DNA of 64,000 nt from an uncultured delta proteobacterium. GTDB taxonomy: Bacteria > Myxococcota_A > Polyangia > Fen-1088. The position numbers were made by a program, and so were the translations under genes. Below, in pieces: positions 50,435 to 60,901 of the stretch. The DNA is taken from NCBI GenBank assembly GCA_963737265.1, contig CAVTRY010000015.1, forward strand, positions 96,001 through 160,000. Reading direction: 5' to 3'. Within the stretch, counting starts at the first letter, position 1; each line of letters starts with the position of its first letter. A model generated the notes under the pieces. The model did no database searches. It was not told the origin of the DNA and saw nothing but the letters and a program-made list of their open reading frames with translations.

Positions 50435-51231
50435 ATGGACCACGTTGCAATCGATCTTGGGAGCAGAAAATCGCAAGTATGCGTGCGCAGCAGCGACGGA
50501 AGGATTGTCGAGGAGAAGCGCCTGAATACCGCGAAGCTCAAGGCGTTTCTCGAGAAGAAGGAAAAGAGTCGGGTAATACTCGAGACATGTGCCGAGGCGT
50601 TTGGGGTGGCGGACGTTGCACTGAAATTGGGGCACGAAGCGCGCGTTGTCCCCGCAACTTTGGTTCGGACACTCGGGGTTGGGGCCAGACGGACCAAGAC
50701 AGCCCAAAGGGGTGCGCAGGTGCTGAGCGAGGTGTCGTGTCGGATCGATCTGCCATCGGTGCATATTCCGAGCGAGGTCTCCCGGCGTCGGAAGACTCTG
50801 TGCGGGATGCGGGAAGCGCTGGTGGGGACTCGAACGATGCTGATGGTTAGAGGGTGGCTCAGAGGTCAGGGTGTACACCTGAGGACCGGCAGGGCATCGA
50901 CCTTCGGCGACCGCGTGCGGGCGATGAGGGGCAATGGGTTGCCCGCCCACGTAGTGCGGCAGCTGACCGCAATCGACGCGATCACCGTGGAGATAGCGGA
51001 GGCCGACAGAGACATCGCGCAGGAAGCAGAGCAGGACGAGGTATGCCGGAGGCTGATGACCGTGCCGGGAATCGGTGCCGTAACCGCAATTCGCTTTGCT
51101 GCGGCTTTGGACGGCGTGGACCGATTTGCCGATGCCCACAAGGTGGAGCCCTACCTTGGATTGGTGCCCGGCGAGAACTCGAGTTCGGAGCACCAGTACA
51201 GGCTATCGATAACCAAGGCGGGGCCTGCGGG
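50435..51231 (+). pseudogene. IS110-family recombinase, degenerate and 3'-truncated
   Basis: AIDLG (DEDD RuvC), LET, TVPGIG, YLGLVP.E.SS, ITKAG; KTDxxDA altered to KTAQRGA; breaks into the rodA copy. Confidence 0.88.
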
Positions 51232-51908
51232 GCGTGCTGGCCTTCATCAATCCCGCCCTCGATCCCGCCACCGCCTGGCAACCGCGCCAGGCCATGAACG
51301 CCGTCGGCTCGGGTCGCTTCATCGGCAAGGGCTTCTTGCAAGGCACCCAGATCCGTCTGCGTTCATTGCCTGCCTTGTGGACCGATTTCCCCTTTGCCGT
51401 GTGGGCCGAGGAATGGGGCGTCATCGGCTGCGCCGCCGTTCTGATTGCCTACGCGCTCCTTGCACTTTGCGTATTGAAGATCGGCCGCGAGGCGCGCGAC
51501 CGCTTCGGCATCACCGTGTGCGTGGGTGTGGCTTCCATGCTGTTCTGGCAGGTGGCCGTCAACATCGGCATGGTGACTGGCCTTTTGCCCGTGGTCGGCG
51601 TGACCCTGCCGCTGTTTAGCTATGGCGGTTCGAGCGCGCTAACGGTCATGCTGGCGCTTGGCCTCGTGATGAACGTCTCGGCACGGCGATTCGCGTATTG
51701 ATCGGCGATCGGCCGTCTACCTCCGAGATTCTTCGCGTGGCGCCTTCCCTAAACCCAGCGCTTCGCCAGCCTTGATGCGCCCAGGCTCGTTGCGCTAGAG
51801 CCTCTCCGAATATCGCAAGATCCCGCTTGTTTCGCCTATGCGTCGCAGGAGGCACCCGGTCCACCAGCTAGCTAGGGCACATGACCTTGCGCATCCTGTG
51901 CACGATTC
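51232..51908 (+). repeat. Direct repeat copy 2, including a partial rodA pseudogene (51232-51701)
   Basis: Near-identical to 42706-43383; F>V, W>C and V>A changes relative to rodA. Confidence 0.95.
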
Positions 51909-51923
51909 GTATAATCACGCAAA

Positions 51924-52657
51924 TGGCGGAAGCAACCACGGGGGGAAGCAACTCCAACATCGAAGAGGTGCACTTCTACCCGGGCGGCAAGGTGCTCGTC
52001 TTTTTCGTGGATGGGAAGATCAAGCTCATGGCGGATGCCTGGGGAGGCCCTCCCCAAAAGCTGAGCCGCGAGGCAGGCGGCGGTATGGCGCAGGAGCCTA
52101 CTCATCCCGGCGCGTTCGTCATCGATCGCATCGAGGCATACCATACCGAGACCTGGTTCTGGTCCAAGATACCGTGGGGCACGCCAATCCGTCCGAGCAG
52201 AATCACTGCGGGGAAGGTCGAGTACTTGGCATCACCCGGCAAATGGCGTCCCCTGCAAATTCGGGGACGGTGGGTGGATGCCAAAATGATCAAAGACAGG
52301 TACGGGTACCTTTACCACACCACCGCCAACCACTTTCCGGACACCTGGATCTTCAACGATTTTGGTCCGAGCGCCGTCCGCTACTACGAAGACCGGAACA
52401 GGAATAGCCGGCGCGACGCCAACGAGCCGCTCAAAGGCGAGATGATTCATACGACCCCTGAAAACGAAGCGGAGACGCGGATGTGGAACGAGGATCGCAA
52501 CAAGGTTCGCTTGTTCATTTCTCACGGCTGCATCCACATCCGTCCTGCCGCCCTCAGGGTCTTCCGTGAGGCGGGTGCTTTTCAACAGGGCATGAGCCTC
52601 ATCATCCACCGCTATGATGAGGTCTTCGACGAAACCAAATACAAGAGAATCCGATGA
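51924..52657 (+). CDS. L,D-transpeptidase (YkuD)-like protein without signal peptide
   Basis: MIH...SHGCIHI catalytic motif; start could instead be 51881. Confidence 0.7.
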
Positions 52658-53766
52658 GCTGGCTGAAGCTGTTCTTGATTGTTGCCACTGAGCTTTCACC
52701 CATTCATGGCGCACGCGCGCTTGAGGGCCCAACACTTTCATGGCGGATTGATGGTGAATACCTCGACCCGACGTCGAAGCTCGTGCAGATGGCGGACGGA
52801 TGGTTGGCTTTGATCGCCGTGAACAGCAAGGTGCAGTTTCGTTCGCCCACGGGGAAATGGTCCAGGGTCATCGACTTTCCTATCCAGGAGGTCGAGGCAA
52901 GTGCCGCGGCTGGCGCCGCTGTTCTGGTGGCTGGCGAAGGGCCCGGCCCCCACCGGCTTTGGCAGAGGGTGGTTCTACTGATTGGAATCGATGGGTCAGT
53001 GAACGGGCAATGGGAAATACCGGACCTCAGAGTGCAGTCGCTCGCAGCCTGGCAGAATAGTCGCTGGGCCACGGGGTACGCAGGGTTTATGGGACACCAT
53101 GGACCCAAGGTGCTGTGGGCGCTACTGCCGGGTGGCAAGGTCGAGACTCGCGACGAGATCCCAACCATCGTCGAAGACGGGGAGGCAGTCGTGCCTTGGA
53201 GGGTGTTCCTCTACCTGGGCCCGTCCGGAGAGAAGGTCTTCTGCGTTCCGGAAACGTGTGAGCACGATCTGCCTTGCCACTATGCCCTTTGCTACCGACG
53301 CGACAAGGTCGTGTGGGAGGCGTACGGCAAATGGCTCGGCCGCCCCGTCTTGTGCAGTGATTACTTGCTCGAACAGGAAGTCCCCGTGCCCTGGGACCCT
53401 CATCTGCACCACGTCCATAGTCGGACCGTGGTTCGTCGGATCTCGGACGGGGTGAAGGTCGCCTCGGTCGGGACTGGACCGAACGCGGTCATTGCATGTG
53501 CCACTCCGGACACCTTCGTAGCAGCCGACACTTCGGTCGTGGCCATGTCGCTTGCGACCGGGCGTCGGCGGTGGTCGGTGCCGGTTCGTGCCGGGCGTGC
53601 CGTCGCAGTTGCGCAGGCCGGTGAATGCACGATCGCCCTGACCAACCGTGACGAGATGATGAGCATTTGTCCCGGCAACGGCAACCCAGTCGTCACAACT
53701 ACGGGGACGAAGCTTAGCGGCAAGGCTTCCACGGCGAATCGGCGACCCGGCGTCGTCAAGCCGTGA
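52654..53766 (+). CDS. Secreted beta-propeller-like protein
   Basis: ATGA overlap with the upstream gene; signal-like N-terminus ending ARA; LATGRRRWSV PQQ-like blade. Confidence 0.65.
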   Translation: MSWLKLFLIVATELSPIHGARALEGPTLSWRIDGEYLDPTSKLVQMADGWLALIAVNSKVQFRSPTGKWSRVIDFPIQEVEASAAAGAAVLVAGEGPGPHRLWQRVVLLIGIDGSVNGQWEIPDLRVQSLAAWQNSRWATGYAGFMGHHGPKVLWALLPGGKVETRDEIPTIVEDGEAVVPWRVFLYLGPSGEKVFCVPETCEHDLPCHYALCYRRDKVVWEAYGKWLGRPVLCSDYLLEQEVPVPWDPHLHHVHSRTVVRRISDGVKVASVGTGPNAVIACATPDTFVAADTSVVAMSLATGRRRWSVPVRAGRAVAVAQAGECTIALTNRDEMMSICPGNGNPVVTTTGTKLSGKASTANRRPGVVKP

Positions 53767-54811
53767 AGCCCAGCTCCTATTTGGAGTTATAGGTGTTCCG
53801 AGGCGGTGTGAGTGCGGCTGAGCGGCGGGAGATTGTGCTCCCTCCGTGATGGCATCGGTTGGACAATCGCCATCATTCCCGTCGTGGAAATGTTCATGGC
53901 GGCTTGCAGTTGCTGAGCGACAATTACATCTCCCCAAAGACGACAGCTACGTCGCCCCGCTTTGAGGCGCGACGGTGACCGTGAGGTAGACCTCCAAGCC
54001 CGCAAGCGGGCAGGAGGCACCTTTGAAGCCGGTCACCGACGCCCAAGTGAGGCGTTTGATGGAAGAGATGAGCAAGATTGGAAAAGTAGGCCAGGCCGCC
54101 ATGAAGGCGGGCATGGACCGGAAGACAGGGCGGCGATACATCGCCGCGGGCAAGCTACCGTCGGAGCTACGGCAGCCGCGGTGGTGGCGGACGCGCCCTG
54201 ACGCGTTCGCCGAGGACTGGCCAGCCGTGGCCAAGTTGCTGGAGGAAACGCCTGGGCTGGAGGCTCAGACGGTGCTGGAGCTGCTGGAGGCGAAGCAGCC
54301 AGGGCGGTACAACGAGAGCCATCTTCGGACAATGCAGCGGCGAATCCGTCGCTGGCGGGCCGAGCATGGTCCTGCGCGTGAGATTTGGTTCACGCAGGCG
54401 CATCGGCCCGGTGAAGCCGCGCAAACCGACTTCACGTCGACGGCGGAGCTTGGTGTGACGATCGTGGGCCAGCTATTTGTGCACCTTTTGTGCGTGACGG
54501 TGCTGCCGTACTCGAACTGGCAATGGGCGACCGCGTGTCTGTCGGAGTCTCTGGCAGCGCTTCGGCGAGGGATCCAGTCGGCGCTGTTTGAAGTGGACCC
54601 CTTTGGTAGGACCAGAAATGGCCCGAGCTAAGAGAGAGTCCGCGTGGGTTTGTTTGTAGATCCGGGTGAGCCTCGCCGGCAAGGAAATTGTTGAGAGCGG
54701 AGGCATGCTGATGGCTGCTGTCCACGGATGCAATGCGCGCACGGCCCCACAGAAGCAGGTGAACGCGTTGCAGTTGTGGGCAGCGTGCCATCAGCATGAT
54801 GCAGCGGCGAT

Positions 54812-55648
54812 TTAGGCGGCCTCTTTCATCGCCGACTTCTTTAGTTCGAATTCGTAAAACGCTACGGGTGTCTGAAATCCAAGGGTTTGGTGAGGCCGCC
54901 TGTGGTTGTACTTGTCCAGGTAGATCGCGATGCCACTGCGGGCGTCGGCCACGTCTCGGTAGTCGTTCAAGTAGACCTCCTCGCATTTGACAGACCGCCA
55001 TAGACGCTCGACGAAGATGTTGTCCATGAATCGGCCGCGACCGTCCATGCTGACCTTTACGCCCTTGTCCAGCAAAACCGATGTGAAGTTGTCGTCGGTA
55101 AACTGCGACCCCTGGTCGGTGTTGAAGATCTCCGGCAAGCCGAAGTTCGCAAGAGCTTCTTCCACGACCTCGATGCAAAAACGGCTGTCCATCGTGTTTG
55201 AAATGCGCCAGGACAGAACCCGGCGCGTGTACCAATCCATCACGGCGACCAGGTAGCAATGCCCCTGTCTCGTCGGGATGTACGTGATATCCGAGGCCCA
55301 CACCTGATTGGGCCGAATGATCGCGAGATGGCGCAGCAAGTACGGGAATTTCGTATGTTCCGGCGCGGGGACGGTCGTCCGTGGTTTGGGCGCCAGCGCT
55401 TCGATGCCCATGATTCGCATCAGTCTCTGCACCCGTTTGCGATTCACCGTCTGCCCCTGTGCCTTTAGCAACCGTGACAGCTTCCGGCTGCCGAATGCTG
55501 GCAATTCGAGATGCAGCTTGTCCAGCTCCTTGCAGATGGCCAGATCTTCCTCTGCCATCGGCATCGGCTCCCAGTAGATGCCCGATCTCGCAAGATTCAG
55601 CAGCTCGCACTGCCGACGGACAGATAGGTCGTTGTGGGGCTCGATCAT
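54812..55648 (-). CDS. IS3 OrfB (DDE integrase core)
   Basis: WASDITY, NTDQGSQFT, DNIFVERLWRSVK.E. Confidence 0.92.
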   Translation of the reverse strand: MIEPHNDLSVRRQCELLNLARSGIYWEPMPMAEEDLAICKELDKLHLELPAFGSRKLSRLLKAQGQTVNRKRVQRLMRIMGIEALAPKPRTTVPAPEHTKFPYLLRHLAIIRPNQVWASDITYIPTRQGHCYLVAVMDWYTRRVLSWRISNTMDSRFCIEVVEEALANFGLPEIFNTDQGSQFTDDNFTSVLLDKGVKVSMDGRGRFMDNIFVERLWRSVKCEEVYLNDYRDVADARSGIAIYLDKYNHRRPHQTLGFQTPVAFYEFELKKSAMKEAA

Positions 55649-55662
55649 GGCGCGCTTCTCCG

Positions 55663-55956
55663 TCAGCGAATGCGCGCGAGCCCGCGTGCTAAAAAATCAT
55701 TCTCCAGCGTCAGCTGCCCCACCTTGCGCAGCAATTCCGATTCGCGTTCGGCGTTCGCCGATTCCTCTGCATTTGCATGGCCTGGTTCGAAAACCATGGC
55801 CAGCCGTGTGACGGCTTCCTTCTTCCACTTGTGAACCAGGTTCGGGTTGATCTTGTATCGGCGCCCGATCTCCACAACCGTTGCCTGCTCCCGCATGGCT
55901 TCGAGAGCTACCTGCGCCTTGAAGAGTGCTGTGTGCTTTTGGCGGTTCGTTTTCAT
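55663..55956 (-). CDS. IS3 OrfA (HTH)
   Basis: FKAQVALEA, WKK, KVGQLTLENDFL with a T-run slippery site for -1 frameshifting. Confidence 0.9.
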   Translation of the reverse strand: MKTNRQKHTALFKAQVALEAMREQATVVEIGRRYKINPNLVHKWKKEAVTRLAMVFEPGHANAEESANAERESELLRKVGQLTLENDFLARGLARIR

Positions 55957-56957
55957 CGTGTCCTGCCTCGTTGTTGAGGCGGACTACACCTTAGCTCCTG
56001 GTCCCATTTTTGGGGTCCACTTCAGTTCCAGCTTGGGCGGGTGCCGCGATACCACCAAACCGACCACTCGACGGCGGCGACACATCAGATCGCTCGCGAT
56101 GCGGAAGATCGCACTTTCAACGATGAATACAAGGCGGTCATGCGGCACCTCGGAATGGAGCCACGAACTACAGCCGTCGGGGCCAAGGAACAAAACGGCG
56201 ATGTGGAGGCCAGCAACGGCGCGCTCAAGCGTCGGCTTGAACAAGCGTTGCTGGTGCGTGGCAGCCGCGACTTCGCGGACCAAGACGACTACGAACGCTT
56301 CGTAGCCAAGGTGGTCCGCAAAGCCAACGCTTCGCGAGGCCCGCGCGTCGCCGAGGAGATCGAAGCCATGCGGCCGCTGGTGGTGGAGCGTTTGCCGGAG
56401 TACGCAGAAATGACGGCACCTGTGGCGTCGACGAGCACCATCCGGGTCAAGTCGTGCGCCTACTCGGTGCCGTCGAGGCTGATCGGCGCACGGGTGAGAG
56501 TCCGCGTGTTCGAGCACCGAATCGAGGTGTACTACGCCGACAACTTGGAATTGGCCTGCGACAGGCTGCGAGGCAAGACCGCGCGCATCGACTACCGGCA
56601 CGTCATCTGGTCTTTGGTGCGCAAGCCGGGCGCGTTTTCTCGCTACGTCTACCGAGAAGAGCTGTTTCCAAGCGTGACTTTCAGGCGGGCATACGACGCG
56701 ATCCAGGCGACCAAGCCTGGAATCAAAGGCGACGTTGAATACCTGCGCATTCTTCACCTGGCCGCCAGCACGATGGAAGCCGATGTCGAGCAAGCGCTCA
56801 CGACTCTGCTTGCCGATGGGACCATCTTGACGGCGGATGCAACCAAGAAGAGATGCACACAGGCGACGGACAGTACCTATCCACCGAGCGTCCCCGCGCT
56901 CGAAGCACCGCTGGTCGATCTCGCGTCCTACGACCTGCTCCTCGAACAGGTGGCATC

Positions 56958-57806
56958 ATGACCAACGTCTCCGTAGACACGGTCAAGCCGAGCGCGCTCG
57001 ACGCTCTGCTGGTGCTTCTGCGCGCGCTCAAGCTGCCTGCCTTCACCCGGCACGCCGAGGAGATCGCGATCAAGGCCAGCCGCGAGGGGTGGACCTTCAG
57101 CCAATACCTCCAGCACCTGGCCGAACTGGAAATCGAAGAGCGCCGAACCCGTCGCATCGATCGCGCGCTTCGCGATTCGGACCTTCCCACGGAGAAAACC
57201 CTGGCCACCCTGGAACGTGGTCGGCTGTCACCCAAGGTGATGAAGCAGATGGCGAGCCTGTGTGAGGGTGGCTTTGTCGAACGTGGGGAGAACCTGCTCG
57301 TCTTCGGACTGCCCGGCCGAGGCAAAAGTCACGTTGTGGCTGCCATCGGCCACGAACTCATCCGGCGCGGCTACCGGGTCCTCTTCACGCCGACCTTCGC
57401 GCTTGTCCAGAGGCTGCTGGCCGCCAAGCGCGACCTTCGCCTGGAACGAGAACTGGCCGCGCTCAACATCTATCACGCCGTGATCCTCGACGACATCGGC
57501 TACGTCCAGCAGAGCCGCGATGAAATGGAGGTCCTTTTCACCTTCCTGGCCGAGCGGTACGAACGCAAGAGCGTCCTCATCACCAGCAACCTGGTCTTCA
57601 GCGATTGGATCCGCATTTTCAAGGATCCCATGACCACCGCCGCCGCCATCGACCGACTGGTCCACCACGCGGTCATCCTTGAGATGACCGGCCCCAGCTA
57701 CCGCAGCGAAGAAGCACGAAAGAGAGGCGTCACCACCCCAGCGACAACTACGACAACTACCGATCAACCAACGACAACTACCCCCGACAACAATGGGGCG
57801 ATGTAA
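56958..57806 (+). CDS. istB: IS21 helper ATPase IstB
   Basis: GLPGRGKSH, ILDDIGY, ITSNL.FS.W, AAIDRLVHH. Confidence 0.93.
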   Translation: MTNVSVDTVKPSALDALLVLLRALKLPAFTRHAEEIAIKASREGWTFSQYLQHLAELEIEERRTRRIDRALRDSDLPTEKTLATLERGRLSPKVMKQMASLCEGGFVERGENLLVFGLPGRGKSHVVAAIGHELIRRGYRVLFTPTFALVQRLLAAKRDLRLERELAALNIYHAVILDDIGYVQQSRDEMEVLFTFLAERYERKSVLITSNLVFSDWIRIFKDPMTTAAAIDRLVHHAVILEMTGPSYRSEEARKRGVTTPATTTTTTDQPTTTTPDNNGAM

Positions 57807-57842
57807 TTGACGTCACCGGGTGAATGTAGTTGACGTCCAGCA

Positions 57843-58324
57843 GTCTTGGGATCATCGGGCACGGGCTGCGCTCAAGACAGTTTTGGGGACCGCCAGGACC
57901 GGGGCAAGTGCCCAAGATGGTCTTGCTGCTCGTCCGTCGCTTTCTCTGCAAGTGCGGCGCCGTGCTCACCGTGGTTCCTTGCGAAACGATACCGGGACGG
58001 CTTTACACCTCGTCTGCGGTCGGGTGGGCGTTGGCCTTGTTCGGGGTGCAGAAATTGTCTATTGCGGAAGTGCGGCGACAGACGAGTCCGCGGACGATCA
58101 TCGGCGAGACCGCCATCACCGGTTGGGCCACGTTGCGGCGCTGGATTCGCGCCATTCGTGCGGGCACGCTGCTGTCCGGACTGCGCGCTTCGCCGTCGGA
58201 TTTCACCGCACGGCAGGCGGCTGAGCGGGCGGCGTTGGGACTCGCTTCACTCGGGCCGCCGCCCTCGAACGAGGCGTCTGTGGCAACCCGGGCTTTCCAA
58301 GGAGCGACGCTCGCTATGCGATGA
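57843..58324 (+). pseudogene. 5'-truncated Zn-finger/HTH accessory ORF (DUF6431-like)
   Basis: GHGLRSR, RRFLCKCGAVLTVVP, W.TLRRW; begins at the IS21 end. Confidence 0.6.
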
Positions 58325-58441
58325 CCATCAGACTTTTCCCGTCGCTGGGACTTCGCCCACCCGCGAAGATCCCTGCCAGGCGTGGCCGGAATGAAGCATG
58401 GCTTTACCTGCATCGCACACCGCGATTGCAGAAGGGACACC

Positions 58442-59806
58442 ATGACCGACCTACAAAGCCTGAAGCCCAAGGACCATGCCGAGGAGGTAGCCATCTTTCG
58501 CAGCGAGATCGTCGGCGCACTCACCCGGCGAGATCTCGACCACGGAGAGTTGGCGGCGACGCTGAAAGATCTGGCCGCCGAGCGCTACCGGCCGCCGGGA
58601 GCGGACAGCACGCGCAGATTCTCCATTCCGACGCTGGAGCGTTGGTACTACGCCTACAAAGCTGGAAGCCTAGATGCCCTGCGCCCCGAACCACGCAGCG
58701 ATAGTGGACGCGCGCAGGAGCTGACAGCGGAGCAGCGCACGCTTCTGTGCGACATCCGGCGCGAGCACCCCTCGGCTTCGGTGCCCTTGATCCTTCGCAC
58801 CCTGACCCTCGACGGACGATTGAGCAAGGACGCGGTGTCGGCCTCGACGGTGCGGCGGCTTTTCGCCGACGAGGGACTGGACCGCATTCCCATGCGCGAT
58901 AGCAAGGGGCCGAAGACCAGGCTGCGCTGGGAAGCCGAGCGGCCTGGGGCGCTCTGGCACGGTGATGTCTGTTACGGCCCGGCGATTTCGGTCGACGGCA
59001 AAAACATGCCGGTGCGAATTCACGGACTTCTCGACGATGCCTCTCGCTTCATCATCGCGCTGGAAGCGCACCACACCGAGCGCGAGGTGGATATGCTCGG
59101 CATGTTTGTGCGCGCCCTGCGCAGGCATGGGCCACCCGATGCCTTGTACCTCGACAACGGCAGCACCTATCGCGGCGACATCTTGTCCACGGCTTGTGCG
59201 CGCATGGGCGTCTCCCTGTTGCACGCGCGTCCCTACGACCCGCAGGCACGTGGAAAAATGGAGCGCTTCTGGCGCACCCTGCGCCAGGGATGTCTCGACT
59301 TTCTTGGCCAGGTGTCGTCGTTACACGACATCAACGTGCGACTGTGGGCCTTTCTCGACGAGCACTACCACAAGGCGCCGCACGCGTCGCTGCTCGGCCG
59401 CGCGCCCGCGCGCGTGTACGAGGCAGCCGAACGTCCCACCGACCGCTTTGACGAGCACAAGCTGCGCGAGGCGCTGACCGTGCGCGTGCGCCGCCGCGTA
59501 CGCCGAGATACCACGCTGCCACTGGAGGGTACGGACTGGGAGCTTGACCAGGGCTTCCTCGCAGGGCGACTGGTCATGGTGGCCCGTTGCCTCGTCGACA
59601 TGAACGAAGCTCCGTGGGTCGAGCACGAGGGAAAGGCGCTGCCTCTTCATCCCGTCGACCCTGCTAAGAACGCCCGCCGAAAGCGCTCAAATCGTGGCGG
59701 GGGACATGCGACAAAAGCCTCGCGACCGGTGCCCTTCGATCCGCCCTCCGTGCTGCTCGACCGAGCCGTCGGCCGAAACCCTTCGCCACAAGGAGGTGAC
59801 CGATGA
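58442..59806 (+). CDS. DDE transposase/integrase (Mu/TnsB-like with HTH)
   Basis: TLERW HTH, LWHGD, LDDASR, YLDNGS, GKMERFWRT. Confidence 0.92.
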   Translation: MTDLQSLKPKDHAEEVAIFRSEIVGALTRRDLDHGELAATLKDLAAERYRPPGADSTRRFSIPTLERWYYAYKAGSLDALRPEPRSDSGRAQELTAEQRTLLCDIRREHPSASVPLILRTLTLDGRLSKDAVSASTVRRLFADEGLDRIPMRDSKGPKTRLRWEAERPGALWHGDVCYGPAISVDGKNMPVRIHGLLDDASRFIIALEAHHTEREVDMLGMFVRALRRHGPPDALYLDNGSTYRGDILSTACARMGVSLLHARPYDPQARGKMERFWRTLRQGCLDFLGQVSSLHDINVRLWAFLDEHYHKAPHASLLGRAPARVYEAAERPTDRFDEHKLREALTVRVRRRVRRDTTLPLEGTDWELDQGFLAGRLVMVARCLVDMNEAPWVEHEGKALPLHPVDPAKNARRKRSNRGGGHATKASRPVPFDPPSVLLDRAVGRNPSPQGGDR

Positions 59807-60618
59807 CGCCTGCCTATCTCGGCCACTTCGCCCTCGAACGCGCCCCCTTCTCCAAGGAGATTGCCGACGTCGACCTGTGGATGCCGCCTTCCAAGGAGGC
59901 CCTGGTACACGAGCTGTGCGAGGCGCTCCATGAGCGTGCGTCCATTATCCTCACTGGCGATCCCGGCGCCGGCAAAACCTGCGTCCTGCGTGCCTTGCGC
60001 CACAGGCTGCCGCAAACTGGTTTCCGTCTGACCTACTGCCACAACGCCACTCTCGGCCGCCGCGATTTCTATCGCCAGCTTTGTCTCGCCTTGGGGCTCG
60101 CGCCTTCCGCCGCCGCCGCGGCTCTCTTCTTCGCCGTCTCCTCCCACGTCGAAGATCTTGGCCGCGAGCGTGTTCACCCGGTCTTCCTCTTGGATGAGGC
60201 CCACCTGCTCCACCAAGACATGCTGGATCATCTGCACATTTTGCTGAACTACCAGTGGGACAGTAGGGCGCTCCTGTCCCTCGTCCTCGTCGGCCTGCCA
60301 GAACTTTCCGACAGGCTCGTCCTCCGTCGCAATCGATCCTTGTACTCGCGCATTTACACCCGGCTCAATGTCGCGCCCCTGACCCCGGACGACACCGCCG
60401 ACTACATTCGCTCCAGACTCAAACAATCAGGCTGCGACCGCGAGCTTGTCACGGCCGACGCCTTGGCCATGCTCCACGAAGCCGCCGCCGGATCTTTGCG
60501 CGACCTCGACCGGCTCGCCACCGCCGCCCTTCGCGACGCCGCCCGCAGAAAGCGAAAACTCGTCGAGCGCGATGCCATCACCCGTATCGTCGACTCCGAA
60601 CCCAGGGATCCAGCATGA
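59803..60618 (+). CDS. ExeA/TnsC-like AAA ATPase
   Basis: HFAL...PF, GDPGAGKT, LLDEAHLL, LVGLPEL; ATGA overlap. Confidence 0.9.
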   Translation: MTPAYLGHFALERAPFSKEIADVDLWMPPSKEALVHELCEALHERASIILTGDPGAGKTCVLRALRHRLPQTGFRLTYCHNATLGRRDFYRQLCLALGLAPSAAAAALFFAVSSHVEDLGRERVHPVFLLDEAHLLHQDMLDHLHILLNYQWDSRALLSLVLVGLPELSDRLVLRRNRSLYSRIYTRLNVAPLTPDDTADYIRSRLKQSGCDRELVTADALAMLHEAAAGSLRDLDRLATAALRDAARRKRKLVERDAITRIVDSEPRDPA

Positions 60619-60839
60619 GGCGCCCACCGCCACCACACGCCCAGATCCATCTGCCTCCAATGGACGCATCGTATGCCCTGACCATCGTCGACGTGTTCGA
60701 GCGGGCCATCGCAGCCATCTGGCGTGCCCATGGCGATGCCATCGCCGACCTGCAGGCGTTGCGCGGGATCGAAACACCCAGGCCCCCTGACGCCGTCTGG
60801 GAATCTGTCCCCGACGGCCCTCACGACGACTGCTTCTGA
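60615..60839 (+). CDS. Small conserved-looking ORF of the transposon
   Basis: ATGA overlap with the ATPase; amphipathic helix FERAIAAIWRAHG; acidic tail. Confidence 0.6.
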   Translation: MRRPPPPHAQIHLPPMDASYALTIVDVFERAIAAIWRAHGDAIADLQALRGIETPRPPDAVWESVPDGPHDDCF

Positions 60840-60851
60840 ACCGACCCAATG

Positions 60852-60901
60852 ATGGGCATCACGGAAGTGACAGGCACCCTGTCACCTTCGCGATGCCCAT
60901 C
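60852..60901 (+). terminator. Long GC hairpin after the transposon operon
   Basis: ATGGGCATC...GTGACAG pairs with CTGTCAC...GATGCCCAT; lies between convergent genes. Confidence 0.5.

Larger units (their letters stand above)
54589..56024 (-). mobile_element. IS3-family insertion sequence
   Basis: TG...CA ends with IR TGAAGTGGACCCC; 3-bp GTT duplication (54586-54588, 56025-56027). Confidence 0.93.
54023..56961 (+). pseudogene. istA: IS21 transposase IstA, interrupted by IS3
   Basis: HTH GMDRKT.RRY, AQTDFT, rejoined ALFQLGRVP, NGDVEA, YSVPSRLIG, IDYRHVIWSLVRKPGAF. Confidence 0.9.
53911..57842 (+). mobile_element. IS21-family element (carries a nested IS3)
   Basis: Ends TGCTGAGCGACAATTACATC and (reverse) TGCTGGACGTCAACTACATT with internal repeats; istA/istB pair; no clear target duplication. 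Confidence 0.88.

Noticed and set aside
50435-51619. 394-aa IS110 ORF as an intact recombinase
   Set aside because: After ITKAGP it reads out of frame through the rodA copy, and catalytic-region motifs are degenerate.
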